Shown: positions 1 to 13,720, counted from the first letter of the stretch. The stretch: DNA of 64,000 bases from Lama guanicoe (GCA_013239625.1 MU054400.1:851146-915145); one strand, 5' to 3'. The notes: a model not told the origin generated them from the sequence alone. Numbers and translations: made by a program.

Positions 1-469
1 CTGCTTGGAAACTTTTCAACCTTGTCTTCTGCTTTTGGCCCCCATATTTCTAAATGTTTTTACTATTTCTTGATTTTTTTTAAACTTTTCATTTTTTGTT
101 TGTTGTTAACTTTTGAATTTTTACTGGAAGATAAGGATTTTCTCACTTTACTGATAACACCGTACCCCAGGAACATACTCATTAACCCTCCCGTCCTTCC
201 AGTTTAGTTATAAGTTTGGCTTACATTAAAATTTTGGTTTACATTAATTCTTAGTGTTATAATATGACTAGTAATAATCCCAGTTGAGCCATAATTAACT
301 TTTGTTTTTGCATGTTGTATTTTGTTTTCTGGTGGAGTTGATTGACCTCCTCACTACCTATTTACTTAGTTTTCTAATCTGTTTATCAGTAGTTTATCTT
401 TGAACTCTGCCTGAAGTATAAATCTCTCCTCAAAATGTTCAAATACACAAGGTTATTATATTTAACTCT

Positions 470-3400
470 AATTAAAGTATGACATTTTTAATTTTATCCA
501 ATTATATGAATACAGAAAAGTAAGTATGTCATAAGTATATAGTTTAATGAATTTTCACAAACTGAGGCATCCATGTATCCAGTACCCAGATCAAGAAAAA
601 GAACATTACCAGTACTACAGAAGCCCTTCCTTGTGCTCCCTTCTAGAACTATCCTCCCACTCCCTGGAATAATCCTGATTTCTAAAAGCAAGATTAATTT
701 GACCTGTTCTTGACTTTCATTATGAATGGATTCATCCAGTATGAATTTACTTTGTGTCAGACTTCTCTCAGTTATATTTGTGTGATTTAACCAAATTGTT
801 ACGTGTGGTTGTAGATCACTCATTCTCATTGCTGTTTGGTATTCTATTCAGTGAGTGTTTCATGTTCCCCATTCTCTTATTGGTGGCCTTTTGAGTAGTT
901 TCAGATTTATGTTTATATAAATACTCCTACTGTGAACTTTCCATCTCATTTTTTTTTGGTGAAAGTATGTATCTTTCTATTGGGGTTATATCTAGGGATG
1001 GGATTTCTGAGTCATAGGATATACATATGAACAGCTGTAGTAGATACCAACAGTTTTCTAAAGTAGTTTATAGTCCCACATGTACTGTATGAGAGTTATT
1101 TTACTTTTGTATCATTCCCAGTCTCTTTATTTTGAGGTATTGTGTTTTGAATTTACACTTCTCTGATAACTAATAAAGTTGAATACCTATCTTTGTTTTT
1201 GAATCTATTTCTTGGCATTTGGATATTCTTTTTTTATAAAGAGCCTGTTTAAGTCTTTTGCCCATTTTAATTCTTTTGTCTTTTTCTGATTAATTTGCAG
1301 GAGTTCTTTATATACTCTGGATAAAAATCATTTGTTGGATATGTGTATTGTGAATATCTTCTTTCACTTCTTTCCCTGTCTTTATGTCTTTTGATGTACC
1401 AGAAGTTTAGTTTAAATGAAGTCGAATTTATCAATGTTTTCTTTGTGATTAGTGCCTTTTGTGTCTTATTTAAGAACTTTTATCCATTCAGTGCCATGAA
1501 GATATTTTGTGTGTGTGAGATATATACAAGTGTACAGTTAGTTCAGTGGCATTGTAAGTACATTGACATTGTTGTGTAACCATCACTACCATCCATCTGC
1601 AGAACTTTTGTCATCTTCTCAAAGTGAATCATTAAACAATGAACCCCCACCCCACCCACCGCCTGGCCCCTGGCAGCCGTCATCCTGCTTTCTGTCTCTG
1701 AATTTATTCTAGGGAACTTGTATAAGTAGAATCAGAATATTTGCCCTTTTATGGCTGTTTATATGTCTTTTATGGGTTGTTTTTTTCCTTTGTGTCATCT
1801 TTAATTTCTTTCAACAATGTTTTGTAGTTTCCAGTGTGTAAGTCTTTCACCTCTTTAGTTAAGTTTATTTTTAAGTATTTTATTCTTGCTGATGTTATAG
1901 TAAACTGAATTATTAATTTCCTTCTTGAATTCTTTATTGTGTAGAAATGTAACGTCCCTTTTTTGCAGGTGATTTTTTGAATGTTGATTTTTATATCTTG
2001 CAACACTGCTAAATTCGTTTGTTAGTTCTAACAGTTTTTGTTTTGTGTGGAATCTTCAGGGTTTCCTGCGTAAAACATGATGGCTACAGAGAGAATTTTA
2101 GTTTTTTCCAGTTTGAAAATTTGAATACCTTTTATTTCTTTTTCTTGTCTCATTGCTCTGGTTGTCCAATATGAAGATAATTCTTTTGTGTTTTCTTCTA
2201 GAAACTTTATAGTTTTAGTTTTGCACTTAGGTCTAAGATCCTTCTGTAAATGATGTGAGATAAGGGTCAAGGTTTAGTTTTCTGTGTGGATATCCAGTTG
2301 CTTTAGTATCATTTATGGAAAATACTATCCTGTCTCCCACTGAATTGTGGCGTTGCTTTTGTTGTAAACTAGGTGATCTTTTGTAACTGTTTTTGAACCG
2401 TTTGTCTTTCTAGTCTTGTACCAATACCAGTCAATAACGATAGCCTGTGGTAAGTCTTGAAATCTAGTAGTATGTGCCCAACTTTATTGTTCTTTATCAG
2501 ATTGTTTTTTGCTATTCTGTAGCCTTTGCATTTCCACATAAATTTTAGTATCACCTTGTCAATTTCTGTAAGAAAACCTGGGATTTTTATTGGAATTGTA
2601 TTCACTTTGTAGATAATTTGAGGAGAATGGACACCTTAATAATGTCAAGTCTTTCAGTCTATTAATGTGTTATATATCTGTACTTCTTTAAGCCTTTTTA
2701 ATATTTCTCATTATTGTATTATAGTATTCATTGTAGAGATCATAGGTATCTTCCTGCAGATTTATGCTAGGTAATGTTTTCCCAGTTTTACTGAGATATA
2801 ATTGACATATAACATTGTATTGATTTAAGGTATGCAACATAATGATTAAGTATGTATTGTGGTTACACTAATAAGTTTACTCAACATTCATCACATCATA
2901 TAGTTACAGAAATTTTTTCTTTTTAGGAAAACTTTACAGATCTGCTTTCTTAGCAACTTTCAAATGTGCAATACAGTATTGTTAACTGTAGTCACCGTGC
3001 TGTATGTTACATCCCCAGAATTTATAACTGGAAGTTTTCACCTTTGACCACTTTCATCTGTTCCCCACCTACTCTGCATCTGGCAGCTACCAATCTGTTC
3101 TCTATATCTATGAGTTAGTTAGTTTGGGTTTTTTTTGTGGTTTTTGTTTTTGTTTTTCACTTAGCGCAATGTGTCCTCAAGGCCCATCAGTGTTTTCACA
3201 AATGGCAGGATTTCCATCTCTCTCTCTTTTTTTTAGTGCCTGGATTATACTCCTTTGTATGTGTGTCTGTATCACATTTTCTTTGTCCACTTCATCTGTT
3301 GATGGACACAGGTTTCTATGTCTTTGCTATTGTAAGGATGCTGCACATACATTTTTTAAAAATGCCAACTGTAAATGGCATTGTTTTAAAATATTTTTAT

Positions 3401-5180
3401 TTTCTAAGTACTTATTGTTAGAATATAGGTATACAGTTGTTTTTGTATAATTACTTTGTGTTCATTGACCTTGCTAAATTATTGTAGTGTGTGGATTCTT
3501 TTTGGTCTTGTAAATAACTGTGACCTTTTTTGTGGGGGGAAGGGTGATGCATCTATTCTAACAGCATCCAAGAAAGGATACCATTGGGAGGTAATATTGA
3601 GACTTCATATGTCTAAAAATACTTTTATTTGACCTTCATAATTAAATGATAGTTTTGCTGAATGTAGAAGAGATTTAAAATAATTTTTCCTTAGAATTTT
3701 GAAGGCATCGTCTTCTTGCTTCTAGCGTTGCTGTTAAGAAGTCTCATGTGATTAAGATTTTCCCCCCAGCTTTATTGAGATATGATCGACACATAATACT
3801 GTATAAGTAAATGCTCTGCAGAATCTTACAGCCACTTCTCTTTGTCCTCAGTGTTCTGAAATTTCAGTGATATGCCTTGGTGCAGAGTTTTTTCATTCAT
3901 TGATTGGGCATTAGTATATTTTGTCTACTATTGTGCCTTTCAGTTTTAGAAATTTTTCTTGAAAAAATTGTTTTGTTTTTTAAATCTCCAGGTATATGAA
4001 TGTTGACCTTCTTGGACTGGTCATCTAATTTTTTTTTCCTCCTTATTTTTCATCTTTTTTTTTCTCATTTTATTTTCTGAAAGATATTTTTGATTCTTAG
4101 AGCCCACATATGCATATGTGTATTTTTCTCTTTGCTATCGTAGTTTTAGTTTTTCAAAAGCGTTCCCCTCCTTTTATTTGTTATTTGAAGGCCTGACCCC
4201 ACCCCTTTGGCCTCCTGTTCTTATGGGTTCTTTATGTATCTTTTCTTAACATTCTAAGAGTGTTGTATTTTTTGAGGTTTTCTTTTGCTTCGAGATGTGG
4301 TTGGTTGGTTATTTTTTTTGCATCTGGAATTTCCTTAAATGTCTGGAGATCCTATCCACACATTTAAGAGTGAGGTACTGAAAAGCAGATTGAAAATTCA
4401 GCTCTATGTGCAAGGGCAAAATTTGTGAACTGTTAGGTGTTGCTGTATGGTGATTTGGCTGGGCTGTTTAGGGAATCCCTATTTGTTACATCTTTAAATT
4501 TTTTTCTTTTTCCATTTTTAAACCACTGTATTGCAGTATAGTTGACATGTTTTTGGTTTTGTTTATTTTGGGGAGGATGGGGAATGGTCAGCTGCCTCAG
4601 CAAAGAATCCTTTCGTCTATCTGGCATGTATAGACCTGGTTGCCAGCCTTTTTAGAGCCAGATAGCAGAAGGAAGTCTGGAATCTTGCCATTCAGTAGTG
4701 AGATTTTCCCTGTTTTCACTCTGTTTTCCCCACACTCAGGTCTACTCTGTTAAAGCCATGGCAGAGAGTAAACCTCCAGTCGTCTGTTGGTGTGATGTGG
4801 GCTTTTCACTGATCACCATTGGAGGAGAGAGGTTCTGGGGATCTGACTATACTTTTTTTTTTCTCCCTGACTACTTTTTATACAGACTTGGACCATCAGT
4901 CTTTTTACTTTCAGCACCGCTTGTAATTAGTGGCTCTGATTTCTGGGTTTTTCCATGGTTCTGTGGCGCAAGTAAGCCTACTCCTTGGTTTCCTGACCTC
5001 CAGCCTTGGTTTAAACATTTTCTGGTCCTCTACATTAGTTACCACTTACTATTCTGGTTTCTAGCTCTCAAAATTTTGTTGCTTTTGTGTCCTCCCATTT
5101 GTTATTTTGGATTTATGACTTAAAAAAATCCTTTTAAAATAATTTGTGAGGAAACGGCAACAAATATACATGTTGGCACA
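470..5180 (-). mobile_element. Mosaic of old, nested L1M fragments (3' UTR and ORF2 remnants)
   Basis: Degenerate ORF2 peptides (2369-2605 NTIPIKIP..EIDKVILKFMWK; 1770-2006 KYLKINLTKEVKDLH..NYKTLLKEIK) and L1 3'-end motifs at ~480, ~1520 and ~2780. Boundaries approximate. Confidence 0.8.
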
Positions 5181-6539
5181 TTTTTAACTAAAAGTCCAAA
5201 TGTCTTTTCTACTGTTGTATTTAATATTAACCCAACTAATGATACCATGGTTTCCTCTAGCTCTTATTTTGGGAGTAAAAGACTTTACTTTCAAAAATGA
5301 AAGAAACATTTTTATATTATTCTGTTAAAAAAAATACAGAGGATTATCAGTGTTAATACTGAAAGTTACTTTTCTTTAAATGTCTAAAGTTTACTCTTTA
5401 GAGGCCAGTAAGAGCATCAGGGATTTCCTATTGTTTATATTTCATCTTAATTTTAGAATAAATATTACACTAATGCTAAATTAAACTTTTTAGATTGGTA
5501 TTTTTAATCAATAAAGATATAATTTCTTGGCTTTAAAGCCTGTGGTACATTTTATAGCACCACTAGTTACAGCTATTCAATTTTTTCTTCACATAATGTT
5601 AATGAACAATTTAAAAATTTGTACTGGTCATTAGTAGACTTTTGAAACTTTCAGCAAGTTAATAAGAAAACATGTTTTGATTGCTTTTGCTGTCATGTTG
5701 GAAACATATCCTATAGTAGATGTGCTGATGACATAGCAGAAAAACTGCAGTGGGAGTGTCCTCATTTCACACTGACTCCAGGCACTCATCCAAATGCAGC
5801 AGTAAACACTCTACATTTGCTGTCAGCTGACCTATTACCAAGTATAGTTATGTTTAGGACTGGGAAGCTTTTTCTTAAACTGTTTTAATAGTATGCTAAT
5901 TAACAGGTAGCAGGAATAATTAGATATACTTTGCTATTCATATTTAATTTTTTGGTCATAGCTAAAATTCCATATGAAAATAATTAGTGGGATAACTAAA
6001 TTACTTTAATACTGCACATTGGGACTTAACAAAATTTTGTCCCAGGCTGATGTATACTTCACTTCCATATATCAATGTTTTCTAAATTACTTTTTGGTTT
6101 TGTATGTTAGGGCCTCTTTTTCTTTGCCCAGAAAATTTTGGCTTTTTGTAACATGTCACATCTGGGAAGAATAGAGAACTAGGGAAAAGTTATAAATGAG
6201 AGCACATTAAGTTAAGAAGAAGATCTTGAGAGGAGCTAAGGAGTATGAGAAAGAGTGGTCAGAAAAGCTGGAGCATGAGGAAACTATGGAGTTGGAGAAT
6301 CTTAGGAAATAATGATTCAAGAAGACAAAATGATAACCATGGAGAGTTGCTTCTTGGTAGCAGAAATGTGGACTAGAAAATAATCTGTTTTTCAATTAAA
6401 AGTCATCTGTGTTATAGTGGCTATACATCTTCTCACCTTTTAATTTTATAATTGAGTGATGAAGTGATGCATATAAAGCATTATTAGCCCAATGCCCTGC
6501 CACTTAGTATGTACTTTATAAGTATTATTACCACTTCCA

Positions 6540-7045
6540 GCTGTCATTGTTCACTTATTTCCTCAATCCAGAAAACTGAGTCATTGATTTTTCCCTTTCC
6601 TTCAATCGTCAAATTAAATCAATCTCTAGGTCTCATTGATTATACCTCTAGATGTCTCAAAATAAGTCTTGTTGTGTTTATTCCTGCTATCTTGGCCTTT
6701 GCTCTCATGTGTAAACCTTTCTACATTCTTTTTCCTCTGGCTTTAAGGTCCTTTTTACTTTGGCCTCAGTTTAGCTCAAGTAACACCCTTCAGAAAATCT
6801 TCCCTAATCATCTCAGGCAGAGTCAAGCTTTTTTCCACAGCGTTCTTTTAGTACCTAGTAGATATCTCACTTAAGGCACTTAATTTGTAATTATTTGCAT
6901 GCTTGTCTTTTCGGAGTTAGCTTATAGCCATTAAAAGGTAGAGACATAAATAAATTTTTATTAAAATATCTGTCTTCCACCTCCCGTACTGGTACCTGGG
7001 TACATGGTTGGTTTTCAATAGTGGTATGTTGAATGATTTAATAAA
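6540..7045 (+). mobile_element. L2 3' remnant
   Basis: Pyrimidine-rich body ending in an L2-like 3' terminus (...tcaatagtggtatgttgaatga). Confidence 0.5.
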
Positions 7046-7934
7046 TGAAAATATTTAGATAAATGCTCAATGTGTGAATAAACATAGATAACTGGTGAGT
7101 TCCGTGATTTCTTTAATGGTTAGGAGTGGCCTTAGCATTTTAGAGAAGGCATTACATGGTAATGGTACAGAAACTATTTTGGAGGTACTTGTCCTTATGA
7201 GTTTCCAAGTTAGTCAGGAAAGGTATAAGGAGTTGCCCAAAAAAAGAGTCTGAGTCTAAATTACTTCTGTAACAGTTGTATGTTTTTAGGCATGACTTTT
7301 TAGGTTTACTTCCTGTTTTTCTTGATATAGCCGTGTATGAAATTTCATGAGTTAATTTCTAAAAGGTGCACTTGAGAGATTTAAATTTTAACTTTGTGTA
7401 TGTGTGAGTTTGGTTAGAAGTTATATTCACTTAATAGTTTAAGAAATAAATGGATAAGATCTAAATATCATAAATGCTACTTTCACCTAATTTAAGTAGA
7501 CACCATATATAAGTGAAAAAAAGTAACCTCTTCAGTTGTTTTGTTTGCATCTCTTAGCACAGCAGTGGTGAACTGTGTCTCCTAGGTAATTTAGGACTGG
7601 ACAACTAGCTGTGGGTACTAGTTATAATGGAATGTTTTTTTTTTTTAACAGTTTAAACAGGTAAGGAGAGCATGATTAAACAAAAGCTTATTGATAACTT
7701 GAAGGTTTCTGCAGAAAGAACCAGTACTTACATATATGCAATGCATAACTGCAAAAAATAAAGATATTGGAATATGTCACATTCCAAATGTGACCCACAC
7801 ATACAAGACTCCCTAAGAGTATCTTCCTAAGGAATATTTAGCTATGGCTCATAGGTCTTCTGTGCACACATTTTGGAGAGAAAAATATATTGTACTTTTT
7901 CTATTATAGTAAAAATTTTCTGATTTTTCTTATT

Positions 7935-9018
7935 TTTTTAACATTTTTTATTGATTTATAATCATTTTACAGTGTTGTGTCAAATTCCAGTGTTCAGCAC
8001 AATTTTTCAGTCATTCATGGACATATACACACTCATTGTCACATTTTTTTCTCTGTGATTTATCATAACATTTTGTGTATATTTCCCTGTGCTATACAGT
8101 GTAATCTTGTTTATCTATTCTACAATTTTGAAATCCCAGTCTATCCCTTCCCACCCTCTACCCCCCTGGTAACCACAAGTCTGTATTCTCTGTCCATGAG
8201 TCTATTTCTGTCCTGTATTTATGCTTTGTTTTTGTTTGTTTGTTTTTGTTTTTTAGATTCCACATATGAGCGATCTCATATGGTATTTTTCTTTCTCTTT
8301 CTGGCTTACTTCACTTAGAATGACATTCTCCAGGAGCATCCATGTTGCTGCAAATGGCATTATGTTGTCGGTTTTTATGGCTGAGTAGTATTCCATTGTA
8401 TAAATATACCACATCTTCTTTATCCAGTCACCTGTTGATGGACATTTAGGCTGTTTCCATGTTTTGGCTATTGTAAATAGTGCTGCTATGAACATTGGAG
8501 TGCAGGTGTCATCCTGAAGTAGATTTCCTTCTGGATACAAGCCCAGGAGTGGGATTCCTGGGTCATATGGTAAGTCTATTCCTAGTCTTTTGAGGAATCT
8601 CCACACTGTTTTCCATAGTGGCTGCACCAAACTGCATTCCCACCAGCAGTGTAGGAGGGTTCCCCTTTCTCCACAGCCTCTCCAGCATTTGTCATTTGTG
8701 GATTTTTGAATGACGGCCATTCTGACTGGTGTGAGGTGATACCTCATTGTAGTTTTGATTTGCATTTCTCTGATAATTAGTGATATTGAACATTTTTTCA
8801 TGTGCTTTTTGATCATTTGTATGTCTTCCTTGGAGAATTGCTTGTTTAGGTCTTCTGCCCATTTTTGGATTGGGTTGTTTATTTTTTTCTTATTGAGTCG
8901 TATGAGCTGCTTATATATTTTGGAGATCAAGCCTTTGTCGGTTTCACTTGCAAAAATTTTCTCCCATTCCGTAGGTTTTCTTCTTGTTTTATTTCTGGTT
9001 TCCTTTGCTCTGCAGAAC
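7935..9018 (-). mobile_element. Young 5'-truncated L1 with an intact ORF2 C-terminus (8253-9017), 3' UTR and poly(A)
   Basis: 255 uninterrupted codons including the CCHC motif ([19 protein letters not shown]); perfect 13-bp TSD gatttttcttatt at 7922-7934 and 9019-9031. Confidence 0.95.
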
Positions 9019-10925
9019 GATTTTTCTTATTAATTGAAGATGATGATGACCCTCTGTGTTCCAGTCTTTTTAACTTAAACATTTTTCACAGTAATTTGCG
9101 TATACAAGGCTTTTAAGTATATCATTCCAAACACTAATTTTCATTGCAAAGTAGACATAAAGAAATATTCAAAAAATTAATGAAAATCTTTTTTTTGATT
9201 TATGAAAGTAATGCTTGTTTATAGTATCAGTCATAGAGAAGTTAATGATAGTTCTTCTTTTAGTGACTCATTGCTCCATCCTCACTCCCTCCTTCACTTT
9301 CATTGCTACTTTGTTAATAGTTAGAAATGTATCCTTTCAGTCTTTTCCTATGTATTAGATTTTTTTTGTATATATATATAAATATATACTATCTTCACAT
9401 ACGTATGTTACAATTTTTAAGTAGTATCAACCTATATACTGCCATTTGCCTTCTTCAGTTAATATGTCTTATATCTATCTGTGTTGGTATGTATTGGTCT
9501 GTCACATCTTTTATAATAGCTACAGAACAGTGTCAAAGGGTAAGACCACTATTCAGTATTCAAACCAAAACCCACAGAGCTGAGTTTATTACTTGCTTAA
9601 GTAAAGAGAGCTTTTCTGGTCAATTACAGTCTCTCTGAGTAGAGCTGACTGCTGATCTTACAGGGGTTTTGAGAAGTGCGAAGTTTAGGGATTGATGGAT
9701 TTTTCACAGCTGTTGTGGGTTGGCATCAGCTGTGGAAGCATGAGTACTTGACTGACACTGTTATAGATCCGTTGGGTATTCAGAAGTGTGTTTGTTGAAG
9801 GGAGTGTGTTCCCAGTTGGCTGGCTTTCAGAAGCAAGGGGCTGTTGCTGATAGGCTGCTTTGTAAAAAAAACATTGTCACTGAGGCAAGTTGTTGTTTAA
9901 GTAGGTTCAGAGTTGGTTCTTGTTCCAAGAGCTGTAGGACTATAGAACTGTCAGGTATTGATTAAGCAATCTAAAACTGGTTCTGGTGGCTATTTGTTAC
10001 TATGACTGCAGAAAAATCCAGCTTTTGCTACTAGCGTATGAACTCCTTTTTACTCTTCGGGAGATCAAGGATTGTCCAGATCTCCTCCACTGTTGTTGGT
10101 TCGTGAAGATGAGTTTTGATCTTTTTCTCCTTGAAAGTGAAGGCTGATTTTTTCAGTTCAGGTGCCTCTAAGAATCTTTTACCCCTTTATCCAAAGGGAG
10201 AGTAATTTTTCTCACCCATTATCTGAGTCTTTCCCCTACTATTTGAAATGTCGCCTTTATTGTTTTCTGAATAACTTGCTCTATGTCATTGATCTGTGTG
10301 TAATTTCTTCTTTTAATAGCATCTTTATAGGATATATTTCTATCTGCTAGGGTGAATACCTCCCTGTTACTGGTTTTTATCAAAAACTATTATTTTCATA
10401 TATTTTCTCTTTCACATGAGCTTTATAATGACCTTGCCAAGTTCCATCATGTTCACTTGGTTAATAGTGTCATCTATTGCTATCATAATGGTATGCTGGT
10501 TATGCAAAGGACTCCCAATGCTTTTAAAAAATAATTGTATATTAGTCATCTCATATTTTAGCTTTTTGTATGTTTGAAATTTTCCATAATATGAAGTTAG
10601 AAATAAGAGTATAATAAACTCTGTGACCCACCACTCAGCTTCCATAACTCATAGCAAATGTCTGTATCCTTGTCTACTCCTCCACATTATTTTGTAGCTG
10701 ACTTCAGACATCATATTATTTCACTTGTGAATATTTCAGAATCTATTTCTGAAATATAAAGGCCTCCTTTTAAAAAGCAACCATAATACTATTATTATAA
10801 CTGAAAAACTTAACTTATTAATACCCAGTCAGTGTTCACCTTTCCCTTGTTCTCATAAGTTTATAGTTTGTTCAAAGCATACAGTAAGATTTACTAGGAT
10901 TGGGAATAGGTAAGAGTAAGTTTTA

Positions 10926-11190
10926 CAGACTTGCAGACACAGTAAACAATCTTATGGTTACCAGGGGAAAGGGGATGGGAAGGGATAAATTTGGGAGTTT
11001 GAGATTTGCAAATGTTAGCCACTGTGTTTAACAATAGATCAAAAAAACAAATTTCTTCTGTATAGCACAGGGAACTATATTCGATATCTTGTAATAAACT
11101 AATGAAAATTAATATATGTATGTATATGCATGACTGGGACATCGTACTGTACACCAGAAATTGACACATTGTAACTGATTATACTTCAGT
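10926..11190 (+). mobile_element. L1 3' UTR fragment in sense orientation; its tail is displaced to ~11623-11642
   Basis: Typical 'ggttaccagggg..gggataaatttgggagtttgagattt..tatagcacagggaactat' 3' end; TSD aagagtaagtttta at 10912-10925 and 11643-11656. Confidence 0.85.
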
Positions 11191-11192
11191 TA

Positions 11193-11620
11193 TTTTTTTT
11201 TACAACATAAAATGGATTTTTATTATAGTTTTTTTTACTGTGACTTGGTTATATGGGGAAAAAATGCTTCTGACTAGCAGTAAATGGAAATGAGGTTAAA
11301 TCCTTGAGACCTATTTGAGATTTGCACATAAGTAGAAGAATACTTTTTTTTAACATTTTTTATTGAGTAATAGTCATTTTACAATGTGTGAAATTCTAGT
11401 GTAGAGCATAATTTTTCAGTTATACATAAACATATGTATTCATTGTCACATTTTTTTTTCTCTATGAGCTACCACAAGATCTTTGTATATTTTCCCCTGT
11501 GCTATACAGTATAATCTTGTTTATCTGTTCTGCATTTTAAAAATCCCAGTCTGTCCCTTCCCACCCCCCGCCCACTTGGCAACCACAAGTTTGTATTCTA
11601 TGAGTCTGCTTCTGTTTTGT
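11193..11620 (-). mobile_element. L1 3' end (11344-11620) with a probable 3'-transduced segment (11202-11343) and a second poly(A)
   Basis: Closely resembles the 3' end of the 7935-9018 L1; two poly(T) tracts on the + strand bracket unique sequence. Confidence 0.8.
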
Positions 11621-13252
11621 CAATATTTCAATTTTAAAAAAAAAGAGTAAGTTTTATATTTTATTAAACTTAAAAAGATTTTTCCTCTTGTTGGAAAATA
11701 TTTTAAAATTTATTAATGCTCCTGAGTGCAATAAGAATAGTTTAGTCTTTGATTTGATGATTTAAGATTATGTACCTTGGGATCCTTTTTTGAAGATTCT
11801 TGTAAGATTTGTATATAATCCTCATGATAATTGTCTAAGGTCAGTGTTTCTCAACAATTTTACAAAAAAAGAAAGTGAACTCTAGATATTTAAATGATTT
11901 GCCTAAGGTCAGAGGGCTAGCAAAGAATGCCAGGGCCAAAACCTAGGGATGCTGATTACAGTATCCTCCCTTTTTTCCCCTTCTTTTAAAATGGTTACAC
12001 AGTTCTGTGAATATAATTGAAATGATATAAAACATCTCATTTGAAATTTTACATGCAAGTTGCATCTTGTAATTTACTTCATTTCATAGAATTTCAAAGA
12101 GGAAATAAAATTCAGTAATGACTTGAATTTTGTTTCCTGATATCACTATATTTGTGAAAAAGTGATATTAAATATATACTTCAGATAATTTAGATAATTA
12201 TGGGTCAACATGTATATGAAATAATATGCTTAAATTATTGATTAGATTCTATAGATAAAGTAATAGTTGTAAACTGCATAATCTCAGGGAAGCATTATAG
12301 CAGAATATTCCCCTTGATTTTAACTTCAGCTAAATTCTTTAGGATTGTAAACTCAATTGAAGGAGTTCTTACAACAACTTTAACTAGCCTTACCATGGGT
12401 ATACCACCCAATGCTACCCTTTTCAGTTGTCATATAAGCATAATTTAGGCATGATAGTTTTAAAAATCAATCAAAAATAGTTTAAACTTGACTTGATTTT
12501 GGAGATGTTACTTTAAAAAATTGTGGATATAAGTAGTGTTCAAAGTACAGATTGTTAAAGATGAAAGTTCAAAATAAATAATTCAAAATGTTAGTAGATG
12601 CTTAGAGAAAACATAGAAGCCCACTTAACAGTACTAATTAGTAATTAATGTTTATTAATTATATTTAAGTAAAAAATCGTTAGGATCGGAAAAGCTCTTA
12701 GAAAACTGGATCCATAAGATTCAAGTTCTTTGGGAAGAATCTCACCAGTTTTTTCTAAAGCTGGTAGTGTTAAAATCTAAAGTCAGGTAACTAAAAGAGA
12801 GAAAACAAGGTGAAAAATGAGCAATCAGTAAAAGAGGCTTTTTATAACAGATTTCATGACATAACCGCTGCCCATTTTATTTGCAGTTTTAAAATAAAAT
12901 TCTTGTATATATTTTTTTTCACTCAGCTTGTTTTATTTGTTATTGTCTTCTGATTTCTTCACACCAAATTTAGCACATCAGGGTGAAAGGATCTGTCTGT
13001 CTCACCTTGACACAGCTGTAGTCCACTGATAAAACACATTTGTTACATTCTTGTTGCCTACTTCCTCTCTAGTGATAGCTATCTCCTGAATTACTTATTG
13101 TTGGTTGGTATTTCCAAGTCAGAATAAGTATGTGACCAACAGGTAAATCTGGTCGATGAGAAATCAGAACAAATAAGAGCATCAATGAAAATGCTCTCTC
13201 TTAGGACCACATCACATAAGTGGTTGTATTAGATCTTCATCTGCTTTTACTC

Positions 13253-13450
13253 TTTTTTTTTTTAAATTTATTTTTATTGAAGTGTAGTTGACTTACAATG
13301 TTAAGTTTCAAGTGTGCAGCAAAGCGATTCAATTATATGTATGTACACACACACACACACACACACGTATATTTTCAGATTCTTTTTCCATTATAGCACA
13401 TTACAAGAAATTGAATATAGTTCCCTGTGCTATACAGTAGGTCCCTGTTT
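13253..13450 (-). mobile_element. L1 3' end with an internal (CA)n microsatellite (13345-13366)
   Basis: poly(T), then 'tttattgaagtgtagttgacttacaatg' and 'agttccctgtgctatacagtagg'. Confidence 0.8.
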
Positions 13451-13464
13451 TTATATCGTTTTTT

Positions 13465-13720
13465 ATGTCTTAGGTACTGTTCTAATGCATTTTACAATCA
13501 TTAACTCATTTAATCCTCATACCAAGCCATTTAATGTGTACTATAAACCTTATTTTACTGATGAAGAAACTGAGATACAAGTTAAGTAAAACTTACTTAA
13601 AATAACAGCTAACAATATCACAATAAAAATGTTAAAACAAAGAGAAAACCGCTAACAAATGCAAGTCAGAATTCAAACCCAGGCAGTCTAATTTCTTGAA
13701 TGGATGTCCTTAACTACTGC
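13465..13720 (-). mobile_element. MIR SINE remnant
   Basis: Core motifs 'tcatttaatcctca', 'ttttactgatgaagaaactgag' and 'attcaaacccaggcagtct'. Confidence 0.7.

Noticed and set aside
8253..8930. 225-aa ORF as a host gene or an autonomous L1
   Set aside because: It is only the ORF2 C-terminus of a 5'-truncated L1, with no promoter, ORF1, endonuclease or RT domain.
9530..10030. Possible LTR-like insert interrupting an old L1
   Set aside because: I could not identify a family, termini or TSD by eye.
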